In this document: positions 10,091 to 20,008 of the stretch, piece by piece | Numbering within the stretch: the first letter of the stretch is position 1 | Layout: every line of letters starts with the position of its first letter | Virus record (IMG/VR): IMGVR_UViG_3300035208_001037 | Coordinates: 1,232-65,231 of that record | Source of the DNA: a virus | Taxonomy: Duplodnaviria > Caudoviricetes | Length of the DNA stretch: 64,000 nucleotides | Direction: 5' to 3' (one strand) | Notes under the pieces: model-generated | The model's database searches: none | Told to the model about the DNA's origin: nothing | What the model saw: only the letters and a program-made list of their open reading frames with translations | Translations under genes and position numbers: made by a program

Positions 10091-10858
10091 ATGCATAATT
10101 TCGGTAATATAAACAATGCGTTTAGTGAGGTTTTATTTGAATCATTCATTAAAAAAGATGCAGCTAAAAAAAAGTTATTTAACACTTATTTAGCAACAAT
10201 AAAAGAAAGTAAAATATTAAAGACACAATATTTAATTTATAAGAATATTTCCGAGAAATATGACATAAATGATTTAAAGATTGGTGAGTATATTAAAGAA
10301 TCGATTAGTTTAATGAATTCTTTTAAACTTAATGATATTGTTTCTGAAAATAAAAAATTAATTAAGTTAATTGGTGAAACATCTAAATTACTTGAATATG
10401 ACTATGATGTAAAAGAACTACATGAAAATATTAATAATTTAATCATACTTGGTAGAACTAAAAATCATAAAAATATTAATAAGATTGTTGAATCATTAGA
10501 TTACATTTTTAACTACATTAAAAATAATAAACCTGTTGACGAAGAACAATCAATTAATGAAGGTGTAGCTAATTTAGCTATTAGTAAATTTAATGAAAAA
10601 TATGGTAATCTTGAATCAGATGATTTTAACACCTTAAAAAGTATTATTGATTCAAGTAATGACGGTAAAGAAACTACATTCAAAAACACATTAGGTGAGT
10701 GTGTTAATTTAATAGATAGTAAATTAACTGAAAGTGATGGGGAAACCAAAGATAAGTTATTAAAAGTAAAAGATAAAATATCGAAAATGTCTTATAATGA
10801 AGAAACCTTTATTAAAGATATATCAAAAATTATTGAATTAAAAAGAAATTTAAACTAG
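10091..10858 (+). CDS. Hypothetical head-associated protein
   Basis: 255-aa helical ORF downstream of portal with many hydrophobic-x-E-S/N/G motifs. Confidence 0.75.
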   Translation: MHNFGNINNAFSEVLFESFIKKDAAKKKLFNTYLATIKESKILKTQYLIYKNISEKYDINDLKIGEYIKESISLMNSFKLNDIVSENKKLIKLIGETSKLLEYDYDVKELHENINNLIILGRTKNHKNINKIVESLDYIFNYIKNNKPVDEEQSINEGVANLAISKFNEKYGNLESDDFNTLKSIIDSSNDGKETTFKNTLGECVNLIDSKLTESDGETKDKLLKVKDKISKMSYNEETFIKDISKIIELKRNLN

Positions 10859-10867
10859 TATAAAGTT

Positions 10868-11248
10868 ATGATGAGTGAAGCAAATTGGGAGTTAATAGTT
10901 CATAGACTTGATGCTATAGTTCTAGGTCAATCAGATTTAAAATTAGATATCAAAGAAATAAATAAGAAATTAGCTATACTAGATACAATTAAACAAGATG
11001 TTGACGAGTTTAAAAAATGGAAAGATTTAGTTGAGAATACAATGCCTGTTACAGATATGAAAAGTATTACTGAATGGAGGGATAAAATGGATGAGGTAAT
11101 ATCACCAACTCAATTAAAAGAAAAAATTGATGAGATTGACAAATTAAAAACATTTAAAACTAAAGCTACTACTATATGGGTAGTAGTTCAAGCAATTGTT
11201 TTTCTACTATTATTCGGTATTGAAATTTCAAAAGCATTTAAACCATAA
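10868..11248 (+). CDS. Coiled-coil protein with C-terminal TM helix
   Basis: Heptad-like N-terminus, IWVVVQAIVFLLLFGI. Confidence 0.7.
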   Translation: MMSEANWELIVHRLDAIVLGQSDLKLDIKEINKKLAILDTIKQDVDEFKKWKDLVENTMPVTDMKSITEWRDKMDEVISPTQLKEKIDEIDKLKTFKTKATTIWVVVQAIVFLLLFGIEISKAFKP

Positions 11249-11250
11249 CA

Positions 11251-11274
11251 TAAAGCCCTTACTAAAGGGCTTTA
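11251..11274 (+). terminator. Terminator hairpin
   Basis: TAAAGCCCTT-ACTA-AAGGGCTTTA. Confidence 0.75.
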
Positions 11275-11287
11275 TTGTTTATACCCA

Positions 11288-11315
11288 TTGACTTTCTTAT
11301 TTTTTTTAGTATATT
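11288..11315 (+). promoter_or_regulatory. Early-type promoter TTGACT-N16-TATATT
   Basis: Direct reading upstream of 11324. Confidence 0.55.
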
Positions 11316-11323
11316 AAGTATAT

Positions 11324-11758
11324 ATGAAAAGAGGAAAAGAAATTAAATTAACCGTTTTAGAAAATTATAATCTAACAACTGGTACCGTAGATAATAAAAA
11401 TCCAAAATCAGTATTTATAACAATATCGGCATGGTGTAATCCTTTAATAGATACTGAAATTGATTATAATAAAATCATTAATAATTTAATGAGAACTATT
11501 AAAGGTACATTATATAATACACTAACTAATAAGTTTATTAAAGAACAAACTATCGTTGACTTAGATATGAGAGAATCTGGTATTAAGTTCGATAAACGTA
11601 GTTATATGTGCTGTGAAATAACACTCTTCCAACAAAATGAATTATTACCTATAACATCTGAGATATTATTAGAAAATATTAACAATATAACTAAACAAGT
11701 ATTATTAGATGCCTTCGAATCCAATCAATATTTTACATTCCATAAAGTAAAAAAATAA
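11324..11758 (+). CDS. Hypothetical protein
   Basis: 144-aa ORF with own promoter and terminator. Confidence 0.75.
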   Translation: MKRGKEIKLTVLENYNLTTGTVDNKNPKSVFITISAWCNPLIDTEIDYNKIINNLMRTIKGTLYNTLTNKFIKEQTIVDLDMRESGIKFDKRSYMCCEITLFQQNELLPITSEILLENINNITKQVLLDAFESNQYFTFHKVKK

Positions 11759-11780
11759 ATTTTTTTATAATATTAATTAT

Positions 11781-11815
11781 AAAACCCTTATTGGATATCT
11801 AATAAGGGTTTTTTT
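11781..11815 (+). terminator. Rho-independent terminator
   Basis: AAAACCCTTATTGG...CTAATAAGGGTTTT plus T run. Confidence 0.8.
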
Positions 11816-11849
11816 ATTTATCCGCATATATTTATTGTAAAACAATGAT

Positions 11850-12545
11850 ATGTCAGACGAAATTAAAATTATAAAACCGGGACAAACAGGATTTGGGTAT
11901 CTTATAGAACAAGATGCTGGCTATATCGACCCAAAAGATAAAAGAAATAATAATTTTATAACTGAAATAGCTAAATTAGGTGAAGGACAAAGTATAATAG
12001 CCGAACCATTAGTATTATATGTTATATTACAAAAATATGGTATTGAAAATCGTAATGGTCGTATATACCCAGAAGCAATCTTAAAAAGAGAAGCTAATTT
12101 ATATCAAAAACTTATAGATGAAAGACGTGCACTTGGTGAAAGTGACCATCCAGAATCATCTATTATCTCTGTTGATAGAGTTGCACATAATATTAATGAA
12201 ATATGGTGGGAAGGTCATACTTTAATGGGTAAGATTGAAATCATCATGTCACCGGGATTTGTTAAATATGGTATTATATCATGTGAGGGTGATAAAGTAG
12301 CTAACCTTATTAGATTAGGTTATAGAATAGGTGTATCATCTAGAGGTGTTGGTTCATTAAAAGAAATTGGTGGTAAAAATATAGTACAAGATGATTTCGA
12401 AATTATATGTTGGGATATTGTAACTAGTCCTAGTACTCCGGGTTCTTGGATGTTCGCAAAACGTGAGCAAGCTAGACCTTTTACTGAGTCTGTAGAAAAA
12501 AAACCATTATTATTAACAAAATTAGATAAATTTTTGAATGATTAG
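11850..12545 (+). CDS. Prohead core protease (T4 gp21-like, S77 family)
   Basis: NRNGRIYP, LGESDHP (His), GVSSRGVGS (Ser), WDIVTSPSTPG (Asp). Confidence 0.95.
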   Translation: MSDEIKIIKPGQTGFGYLIEQDAGYIDPKDKRNNNFITEIAKLGEGQSIIAEPLVLYVILQKYGIENRNGRIYPEAILKREANLYQKLIDERRALGESDHPESSIISVDRVAHNINEIWWEGHTLMGKIEIIMSPGFVKYGIISCEGDKVANLIRLGYRIGVSSRGVGSLKEIGGKNIVQDDFEIICWDIVTSPSTPGSWMFAKREQARPFTESVEKKPLLLTKLDKFLND

Positions 12546-12622
12546 TGTTTATATAAAAATAAGGTTTTTGGTATTAAAAACACAGATTTTATTATAAACC
12601 TATGATTTTAAGTGTAAAAACG

Positions 12623-12650
12623 AATTTATTTATTTTAAAATAAATAAATT
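12623..12650. repeat. Perfect 28-bp AT palindrome within a longer imperfect inverted repeat (12611-12663)
   Basis: AATTTATTTATTTT|AAAATAAATAAATT. Confidence 0.85.
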
Positions 12651-12711
12651 TTTGATTTTCACTATATATTTATTATTAAAGAATAAAAATTCATTTTAAA
12701 TAAAAAAGCAA

Positions 12712-14169
12712 ATGGCTGAAAAAAACAAAACGATTATTGAAGAAGCGTTACTTGATATGAAAATTATTGAGAATGCTCTTAAAGCCAATTCAAAAGAAAT
12801 ACTTCGTTCAATTATGAAAGAAGAAATTGAAGGTTATGTGAAAGAATCGATGTCAGAAGATGACTCAGATTATGAAGAAGAAGAAATCGGTGTTGACAAT
12901 GATGAAATTGCAACAGATGATGAATTACCAACTGATGAACTTCCTATGGATGTTGATGCTGGTGGTGAAGAAGAAGTTGCAGAACTACCTATTGGTGGTG
13001 AGGAAGAAGTTTCAGTTGACGATGAGTTACCTGTAGACTTAGATATGACAGGTGCATCTGATGATGACGTAATTGCAGTTTATAAAAAATTAAGCGGTGA
13101 TGATGAAATCGAAGTAGTATCTGATAGAGAAGTTAGAATTACTGACCCTGTAAGCGGTAGCCAATACATTGTAAAACTTGGTGGCGAAGGTGAAAGTACA
13201 AGTGATTTACCTATTGAAGCGGAACCAGAAATGGGTCTTGAACCAGAAGTTGGTGAGGAACCAGAAATTGATATTGATTTAGATGCTGAAGAACCAGAAA
13301 TTGGTGCTGAAGATGAAATCGGAGTTGATTCTGTTGAAACTGACGATGAAGATGAAGACAAAAATCCATTCGGTGAATCTGTAGTATATGAAATTGAACT
13401 TCAAGATGATGAAGAAAGTACTAATGAGGATATTGTAAGAGGTAAAGGTCATGACAAAGAAGTTATGTCTACTACTGCTCCTAATAAAGGTGATATCGAA
13501 GGACAAAAAGCTCCTAAAGATGCTGATTCTGGTGATAACCTAGATGGCGGTTTTGATGATGAACAATCATTCGCTGACGATGGTGGAACTGAAATTATGG
13601 CTGAAGAAGACGAAATTGAAGAATCGGAAGAACCAATTGAAGAAAAAATCCAAGTTGGAAAAGGTAGAAATGTTACTAACGGAAAAACAACAATTGTTGG
13701 TGCCGGTGGTAAAGCTAATAATGTTGGTGACGGTAAAGTTACTGCAGAAGCTATCACAAAAAAATATAACGCTCTTTTAAAAGAAGCTATACAACTTAAA
13801 AAAGAAAATGACGAATTCAAAACTTCTCTTACTAAATTTAGAGATATGTTATCTGAAACCGTAGTATTCAATTCTAATTTAGCACATGTGGTTAGATTGT
13901 TCACAGAACACTCAACTACTAAAGATGAGAAAAAACAAATTATCGCTAGATTTGACAGTGGTGTGGGTTCAATTAAAGAATCTCAGAAATTATACAAAAC
14001 TATTGTTTCTGAATTAAACACAAAAAAACCAGTTAGCGAATCTATTGAAGCAAAAATTAATAGAGAAAGTGGTTCATCAAGCAAAACTCAAATCACTGAA
14101 TCTACAGTTTATGTTGATAAATCTACTGCAAGAATTAAAGATTTAATTAATAGAGTCGAAAACAGATAA
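12712..14169 (+). CDS. Prohead core/scaffold protein (gp22-like position)
   Basis: Very acidic, C-terminal coiled coil, lies between protease and capsid genes. Confidence 0.75.
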   Translation: MAEKNKTIIEEALLDMKIIENALKANSKEILRSIMKEEIEGYVKESMSEDDSDYEEEEIGVDNDEIATDDELPTDELPMDVDAGGEEEVAELPIGGEEEVSVDDELPVDLDMTGASDDDVIAVYKKLSGDDEIEVVSDREVRITDPVSGSQYIVKLGGEGESTSDLPIEAEPEMGLEPEVGEEPEIDIDLDAEEPEIGAEDEIGVDSVETDDEDEDKNPFGESVVYEIELQDDEESTNEDIVRGKGHDKEVMSTTAPNKGDIEGQKAPKDADSGDNLDGGFDDEQSFADDGGTEIMAEEDEIEESEEPIEEKIQVGKGRNVTNGKTTIVGAGGKANNVGDGKVTAEAITKKYNALLKEAIQLKKENDEFKTSLTKFRDMLSETVVFNSNLAHVVRLFTEHSTTKDEKKQIIARFDSGVGSIKESQKLYKTIVSELNTKKPVSESIEAKINRESGSSSKTQITESTVYVDKSTARIKDLINRVENR

Positions 14170-14209
14170 AAATAAAAAAAATAATAATAAAAAATAAAAC
14201 ATAAAAAAT

Positions 14210-16003
14210 ATGTCACATTTATTAACATCAGGTGAAGTTGGAAACATCGGACTTAACCACATGAAACAAATCCGTAAAATGACCCAAGAAAAATGGGATG
14301 GTTTAGGATTTCTTGAAGGCCTTAAAGGTCACGTAAAAGAAAATATTGCTCAGTTATATGAAAACCAAGCAAGTTCTTTATTAACAGAATCTACAACTGC
14401 AGCTGACTCTTCTGGGTCATTCGAAACTGTTGTATTCCCTATCGTAAGAAGAGTTTTCTCTAAACTTTTAGCTAACGATATTGTATCAGTACAAGCGTTG
14501 AATATGCCTATTGGTAAATTATTCTTCTTCGTACCTATCACATCAAGTAGAGTTGACGCTAACGGTAATGCTGGTGACGTTTATGCAAACGGTGCTCAAT
14601 ATTCAGCTCACACTACAATCGCAAGTGGTATCCCTACATGTGTTCAAGATGTTGCTGGTTGTGCTGTAACTTCTTTTAAAGCAAAAAATCTTTATGATAT
14701 TTATTACAATGATGGATTATTTGATAATTCAAAAGGTACTATAACTATTGTAACTACTGACGCTAATGGTTGTACTCCGGGTCAATTAACAGCTGGTGGT
14801 GATTTCACTGCAACTACTGCTTTTGCAACTGCAACTGACGGTACTGTGAGAAATATTTTACTTCAAGTATCTGGTTTCTCTTCTTACAATAAAGGTAGAT
14901 TAACTGGTCCAGACGGAAACGAAATGGATGACGAAGCTTTCTTAGCATCTTTCAAAGTAACAACTGCTGGTGCTATTGCTGACCCTAACGGTGCTACTAT
15001 TATTGCTGCTGGTGCTGAAGTACCATTCAGATTAGTAACTCAAAAATATGGTAAAGGTATAGTAGACTATAGCGACATCTGTGATGCTGCTGGTGCAATC
15101 TATATTGAATTAGATTTAACACACCCAGTACCAGCAAATGGTACAAACACATATGATGGATATGTTGGTGCAACTGGTGCAACTGCAGCATTTACAGCTA
15201 ACACAACTTCATTTGATGCTTCTTGGGCACGTTATGCAACATTAGAACTTGAAACTGAAATGGGTGAAGTATCATTCAAATTAGATGAAGTTGTTGTATC
15301 TGTTGAAGAAAGAAAATTAAGAGCAACTTGGTCACCTGAGTTAGCACAAGACGTTTCTGCATTCCATAACTTGGACGCTGAAGCTGAATTAACAGCAATG
15401 TTATCAGAACAAGTAGCAGCAGAAATTGACCGTGAAATCTTAAGAGACTTAAGAAAAGCAGCTGCATGGCAAATGCGTTGGGATTACAATGGTTGGAGAA
15501 AAGCTTCTACATCAGCTAACCCATACACTCAAAAAGACTGGAACCAAACGTTAATTACAAAAATTAACCAAATTTCAGCTCAAATACATAAATCAACACT
15601 TCGTGGTGGTGCTAACTTTATCGTTGTATCATCTGAAATTTCTGCAATCTTCGATGATTTAGAATATTTCCACGTAAGTGATGCTTCTCCAGAGCAAGAT
15701 TCTTATAACATGGGTATCGAAAAAATCGGTACATTAAGTGGACGTTACCAAGTGTACCGTGACCCTTATGCACCAGCTTTCTTTATGATTTTAGGTCACA
15801 AAGGTAAATCATTATTGGATACTGGTTATATCTATGCACCATACGTGCCTCTACAATTAACACCAACAATGTATAACCCATTCAACTTTGCTCCGGTAAA
15901 AGGTATAATGACTCGTTACGCTAAAAAAGTTGTAAATAACCGCTTTTACGGGCATATTAAAACAGATGGTGTACCTACATTCAATATCGCTGAATTAAGA
16001 TAA
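14210..16003 (+). CDS. Major capsid protein (T4 gp23-like)
   Basis: IVSVQALNMPIGKLFF, WSPELAQD...DAEAELT..LSEQVAAEIDREIL, YAPYVPL, GIMTRYA. Confidence 0.97.
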   Translation: MSHLLTSGEVGNIGLNHMKQIRKMTQEKWDGLGFLEGLKGHVKENIAQLYENQASSLLTESTTAADSSGSFETVVFPIVRRVFSKLLANDIVSVQALNMPIGKLFFFVPITSSRVDANGNAGDVYANGAQYSAHTTIASGIPTCVQDVAGCAVTSFKAKNLYDIYYNDGLFDNSKGTITIVTTDANGCTPGQLTAGGDFTATTAFATATDGTVRNILLQVSGFSSYNKGRLTGPDGNEMDDEAFLASFKVTTAGAIADPNGATIIAAGAEVPFRLVTQKYGKGIVDYSDICDAAGAIYIELDLTHPVPANGTNTYDGYVGATGATAAFTANTTSFDASWARYATLELETEMGEVSFKLDEVVVSVEERKLRATWSPELAQDVSAFHNLDAEAELTAMLSEQVAAEIDREILRDLRKAAAWQMRWDYNGWRKASTSANPYTQKDWNQTLITKINQISAQIHKSTLRGGANFIVVSSEISAIFDDLEYFHVSDASPEQDSYNMGIEKIGTLSGRYQVYRDPYAPAFFMILGHKGKSLLDTGYIYAPYVPLQLTPTMYNPFNFAPVKGIMTRYAKKVVNNRFYGHIKTDGVPTFNIAELR

Positions 16004-16024
16004 TCTCTTATAAATCAATAAATT

Positions 16025-16055
16025 AAAAGCCTTAGATTTCTCTAAGGCTTTTTTT
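16025..16055 (+). terminator. Rho-independent terminator after capsid gene
   Basis: AAAAGCCTTAG...CTAAGGCTTTT plus T run. Confidence 0.85.
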
Positions 16056-16147
16056 ATGCCTAATAATTATTTATATTAATAATCGATTATATGGTCATGT
16101 GTTTGTTTTTATCGATATTTATTAGTATATTTGTATAAAATTATCTT

Positions 16148-16834
16148 ATGAGTAAAAAAATTATCTTAACTGACGAACAAGTTAAAGAATGTTTAAGAAT
16201 GTATAACGAAGAATTATTAGGTTCTTCAACTATTAGTGAATTTATGGGAATACATAAAACAATAATAATTAGAACACTAAAAGAAAATGGTGTTATATTT
16301 GGACCATCTGGTAGACGATTTATTGGTGGTAAGAAAGTAGCTGATAAAAAATGGGTTGATAAAAATAAAATCCACTTATCTGAATATTATAAGGGATGGT
16401 CTAAAAATAACCGTAAAGAATTAAAAAAATACCATACTGAATGGCGAGAAGAAAACCGTGAACAATTAAATGAATATTGTAGGAATTATGAACGTAATCG
16501 TAGACGAGAAGACCCAAAATATAGATTAGGTGCAAGAACACGTACAGCTCTTTGGACTTGTTTAAAGGAACGCAACGTATCTAAATATCGTTCTATATTT
16601 ACTTTATTAGGTTATACATTAGAAGAATTAATGATTCATTTAGAATCACTATTTACTGAAGGTATGACTTGGGATAATTATGGGGAGTGGCATGTGGACC
16701 ACAAGTTACCGATGGTTATATTTCAATTTGAATCAGTAGAAGATAGAGAGTTTAAGATATGTTGGTCATTAGATAATTTACAACCATTATGGGGTGAGGA
16801 TAATTTAATTAAAGGTTCTAAACTTTTTCAATAG
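16148..16834 (+). CDS. Free-standing HNH endonuclease
   Basis: GMTWDNYGEWHVDHKLP...WSLDNLQPLWGEDNLIKG. Confidence 0.85.
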   Translation: MSKKIILTDEQVKECLRMYNEELLGSSTISEFMGIHKTIIIRTLKENGVIFGPSGRRFIGGKKVADKKWVDKNKIHLSEYYKGWSKNNRKELKKYHTEWREENREQLNEYCRNYERNRRREDPKYRLGARTRTALWTCLKERNVSKYRSIFTLLGYTLEELMIHLESLFTEGMTWDNYGEWHVDHKLPMVIFQFESVEDREFKICWSLDNLQPLWGEDNLIKGSKLFQ

Positions 16835-17108
16835 TACTTATCATACCTAATTCGTATGGTCTATAACATACTATAATATAATCTTTAAGTTGGCCTTTAT
16901 TAAAAAATTTAGGTGTTACGGCAATATTATCCGGTGAATTAATATTTTTCTCACGTTTTACAACCTCAAGACCACAGTATAATCCATTTATAATAGGTAA
17001 TCTAACAATATCATTAACAACTACATTTTTATTCCCTTGTAAAATAAAATTTATTCTACTTTGAATTAGTTCAGAATGTCTATAAGCTAATTCATCACTA
17101 CTAAACAT
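16818..17108 (-). CDS. Hypothetical protein
   Basis: 96-aa ORF coupled to 17101..17334. Confidence 0.6.
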   Translation of the reverse strand: MFSSDELAYRHSELIQSRINFILQGNKNVVVNDIVRLPIINGLYCGLEVVKREKNINSPDNIAVTPKFFNKGQLKDYIIVCYRPYELGMISTIEKV

Positions 17109-17334
17109 TTTTAATATGACTTAAATATAAATTACTCATTTTAATGCGTTTTAAGATACTTTCATCAGTATCATAGAAGATATCTCTAAGATTATAGTTA
17201 GATGCCTCTGGAGTATCTTTATTTGCGAATTCTTGAATCCTAAGACCAGTTAATAGTTGTCCATATCTTAAACATGGGTTTGCTTTCCAAACGTTTGATA
17301 TTATATCAGCAATTTCTTGTTGTGTTTCACTCAT
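17101..17334 (-). CDS. Small phage hypothetical protein (WxxxPxLRxGQL type)
   Basis: VWKANPCLRYGQLL...DIFYDTD. Confidence 0.7.
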   Translation of the reverse strand: MSETQQEIADIISNVWKANPCLRYGQLLTGLRIQEFANKDTPEASNYNLRDIFYDTDESILKRIKMSNLYLSHIKNV

Positions 17335-17346
17335 ATTAAATTATTT

Positions 17347-18573
17347 TTAAAACCATACTTCTTCTTCATGATAAACGGCTAAATTTAAAATTTCGTTATT
17401 ATTTAGGATTTGTTTTGATTCTTTAACATCATCATAATTATTTGAGAAAAATTCCTGTGTGGACGGTAGTTTTAGCCACTCTAAAATAATATTTCTAGTT
17501 TCTTCAGTAACACTAGTATTAGAGTATTTATACATTTGACATAATATGAATTTAGCTGGTATAATCTCTTCAGTTTGATAATCTTTATATTCGGCTTGAT
17601 ATCTAATACCAATAGTACATCTCTCTGGTAGATGCATTCTAATAACAAAATATCTATTAATTTTAATTGATGACCAATAACTAGTATACACACAATGTTT
17701 TTGGATATAACCTTCCGTGAATACCTCTTTTTGAGTAGTTAATAATTCACAATCATTTGGTAGTACAATACTACCATTATAATTAATAATATAATTAATA
17801 ATATAATCCCCTAAATATTTTAATTCAATTTGAATTAATTCATTTGTTAATTTCTTATGTTCAACATCTAATCTTTTTTCAGACCAATTAAAGTTAATCT
17901 TCCTATTTAATATTAAACATTGGTTAACTAAATCAGGAAGATGTTTATATAGTGGTTCAAGTTTAGTTAATTTTTTCAATACATTATCTTGATTATCACA
18001 AATTTTAAAATATTCTTTTAAAAAATACAATGGGTCACAACCATTATTTTTAAAATCATAAATTTTAAGATAGCTATAAAAAAGTTTAGTCGATGCTTTA
18101 GACTTTAACGATGTTCTTAAATAATAATGAGATAGTTGTATTGGATTAGTTATTTTACCCGACATAACTTTCTCTAAATTACTTTTAGTTAATAATTTAA
18201 TTAAGTATGGTTCATTTGATAACCAGTCATAATTATATATTTTTAAAAATTCTAAAAAATGACTATCAGGTAAAAATCTTTGTATTTTAGCACCAAACCA
18301 TATTGAAACCTTTTTAGTCACTTTATTATAAGTAAAACCCTCTTTCTTACCATCTCTTATATAAAATTTACCATTAAATGATATAATTTTTGTGGTCTTA
18401 GAGTAACAAATTTTATCATCATACTCAGCTATGCTTACTGATTCAAAAGATTTACTTATTTTATTACTATGATAAAAAAATCGTTGTTCATCAATTGATA
18501 GGTTAAAAATTTTATCTAAGTATTCTTGTGTTATTGATTGATATAATTGATATCTTTTAATTAATTCACTCAT
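17347..18573 (-). CDS. PcfJ-like domain protein
   Basis: C-terminal ELLTTQKEVFTEGYIQKHCVYTSY resembles the PcfJ EGxxxxHCV motif. Confidence 0.6.
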   Translation of the reverse strand: MSELIKRYQLYQSITQEYLDKIFNLSIDEQRFFYHSNKISKSFESVSIAEYDDKICYSKTTKIISFNGKFYIRDGKKEGFTYNKVTKKVSIWFGAKIQRFLPDSHFLEFLKIYNYDWLSNEPYLIKLLTKSNLEKVMSGKITNPIQLSHYYLRTSLKSKASTKLFYSYLKIYDFKNNGCDPLYFLKEYFKICDNQDNVLKKLTKLEPLYKHLPDLVNQCLILNRKINFNWSEKRLDVEHKKLTNELIQIELKYLGDYIINYIINYNGSIVLPNDCELLTTQKEVFTEGYIQKHCVYTSYWSSIKINRYFVIRMHLPERCTIGIRYQAEYKDYQTEEIIPAKFILCQMYKYSNTSVTEETRNIILEWLKLPSTQEFFSNNYDDVKESKQILNNNEILNLAVYHEEEVWF

Positions 18574-18606
18574 AAATTATTTTTAAAATTATAAACAAAA
18601 TTACAT

Positions 18607-18640
18607 AAAAAAAACGAGACTATCAATATAATCTCGTTTT
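18607..18640 (-). terminator. Terminator after 18666..19484
   Basis: AAAACGAGA...TCTCGTTTT with T run on the minus strand. Confidence 0.65.
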
Positions 18641-18665
18641 ATTTTGTTATGGTTAACAATTTTAT

Positions 18666-19484
18666 TTATATTTTTTTACCGCATTTGGCACAGAACTTAT
18701 CTGTTTTATGTGTTTTACCACCACAATTGGTACAATACTTTGCTACTTGAATATCTTCTAGTGTATTAACTTTTTGTGATACTGGTAACATTTTATATTC
18801 AACTGTATGGAATGCTGTATATTCCCATTTCTTATCAACAGTTGTTAATTTTTGGTCGGAATCAGAGCCTTTTTCTACTCTACCGGTTTCAATACTTTTG
18901 TTAGATACTATTCTTCTTAATTTAGCACGATTTAAGTCTTTTTTAATAGGATTAAAATCATTAAATGAATCCATACAACACATACCTAAAGTCATATTAT
19001 TAACATCACTATTATATGTTATATTATTAGTTAATGTGGTATTAAAATCACCATATCTAACTACATTCCCTGTACTACCATCTGATAAATTTCCTGAAAA
19101 ACTACGATAAATTGGTGGTGTGTACCTATTTTCTCGGTAGAATTTTACTTTGAAATCACCATTTTGTTCAATAGCTTCTTTAACTTCTGCAGTATTAGCT
19201 ACTTCATAGGTATCAAATAAGAATTTTTTAGCTACATCGAGATATCTATCTAAGAAAACACGTTGTCCGGGATTTAATACTAAACCACCCTGAGAGATTT
19301 GTTTATTATTTAGATGGATTTCACAAAGAATAACATCAGTTGTTGGATTAAATAATTCGATTGAGAATTCTTGTCCTTTTTGAAGATATACTGATGGACA
19401 TTCAGTATTTTTATTGTATACTTTTATACGACTTTTATTTATAGCGATATGTGCCGTAGGTACCGCAAGTACTTGTTTGTTCAT
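18666..19484 (-). CDS. Hypothetical protein with C-terminal double zinc ribbon
   Basis: SIETGRVEKGS; CTNCG...FCAKCG. Confidence 0.8.
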   Translation of the reverse strand: MNKQVLAVPTAHIAINKSRIKVYNKNTECPSVYLQKGQEFSIELFNPTTDVILCEIHLNNKQISQGGLVLNPGQRVFLDRYLDVAKKFLFDTYEVANTAEVKEAIEQNGDFKVKFYRENRYTPPIYRSFSGNLSDGSTGNVVRYGDFNTTLTNNITYNSDVNNMTLGMCCMDSFNDFNPIKKDLNRAKLRRIVSNKSIETGRVEKGSDSDQKLTTVDKKWEYTAFHTVEYKMLPVSQKVNTLEDIQVAKYCTNCGGKTHKTDKFCAKCGKKI

Positions 19485-19518
19485 AATTTAAACTTTTTAA
19501 CAAATTATTATTTATTAA

Positions 19519-19580
19519 TTTGCTAATCTCTTTGTAACCTAAATTACTTAAAAGCCGATTTTCGACTCAAGACTAACAAA
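19519..19580 (-). ncRNA. Candidate structured 5' leader (three-way junction)
   Basis: Minus strand: UUUGUUAGUCUU/GAGAUUAGCAAA outer stem, GAGUCGA/UCGGCUU and GUAA/UUAC inner hairpins, several G-U pairs. Confidence 0.45.
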
Positions 19581-19614
19581 GTAGTTAACCATAACTGTAT
19601 ATAAATATATAGTA

Positions 19615-19986
19615 TTATGTTAATAAGTCAATATATTCCGGGTTTTTTTCGTAAATACATGCCCTAATAATTTTATATTTAATTGGTTCAAATGTATTAG
19701 GGTCATACATAGTAGGTGTCTCATTAATTGAATACAAAAATATCTTAATATTATCCTTTAAGCTTTTATCAAAGAACTCATAAAACTCACCATCATTTTT
19801 TACATTATAATATTCGACATTTTTCATAACACTAATGATTTGTAAATCTTGTGTTAATTCATAGAATTGAAATGCTGGCAAATTTACTTGTCTTACATTA
19901 GGGTATATAGATAATATTGATTCAATTGTTAAATCTATATGTAAAAATGAAAATTTCCGTTTTGATTTATAATTAGTAAAGTCCAT
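19615..19986 (-). CDS. Small protein resembling the C-terminus of the major capsid protein
   Basis: TPTMYDPNTFEPIKYKIIR vs capsid TPTMYNPFNFAPVKGIMTR; IISVMKNVEYYNV vs ISAIFDDLEYFHV. Confidence 0.7.
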   Translation of the reverse strand: MDFTNYKSKRKFSFLHIDLTIESILSIYPNVRQVNLPAFQFYELTQDLQIISVMKNVEYYNVKNDGEFYEFFDKSLKDNIKIFLYSINETPTMYDPNTFEPIKYKIIRACIYEKNPEYIDLLT

Positions 19987-20008
19987 AAATTTTAAAATAT
20001 TTATAACT

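Noticed and set aside
1541-13904. Ser/Pro-rich minus-strand ORFs opposite acidic genes (e.g. 1541, 1933, 9605, 13080, 13449)
   Set aside because: Antisense shadows of GAA/GAT/GGT-rich coding sequence; no independent signals.
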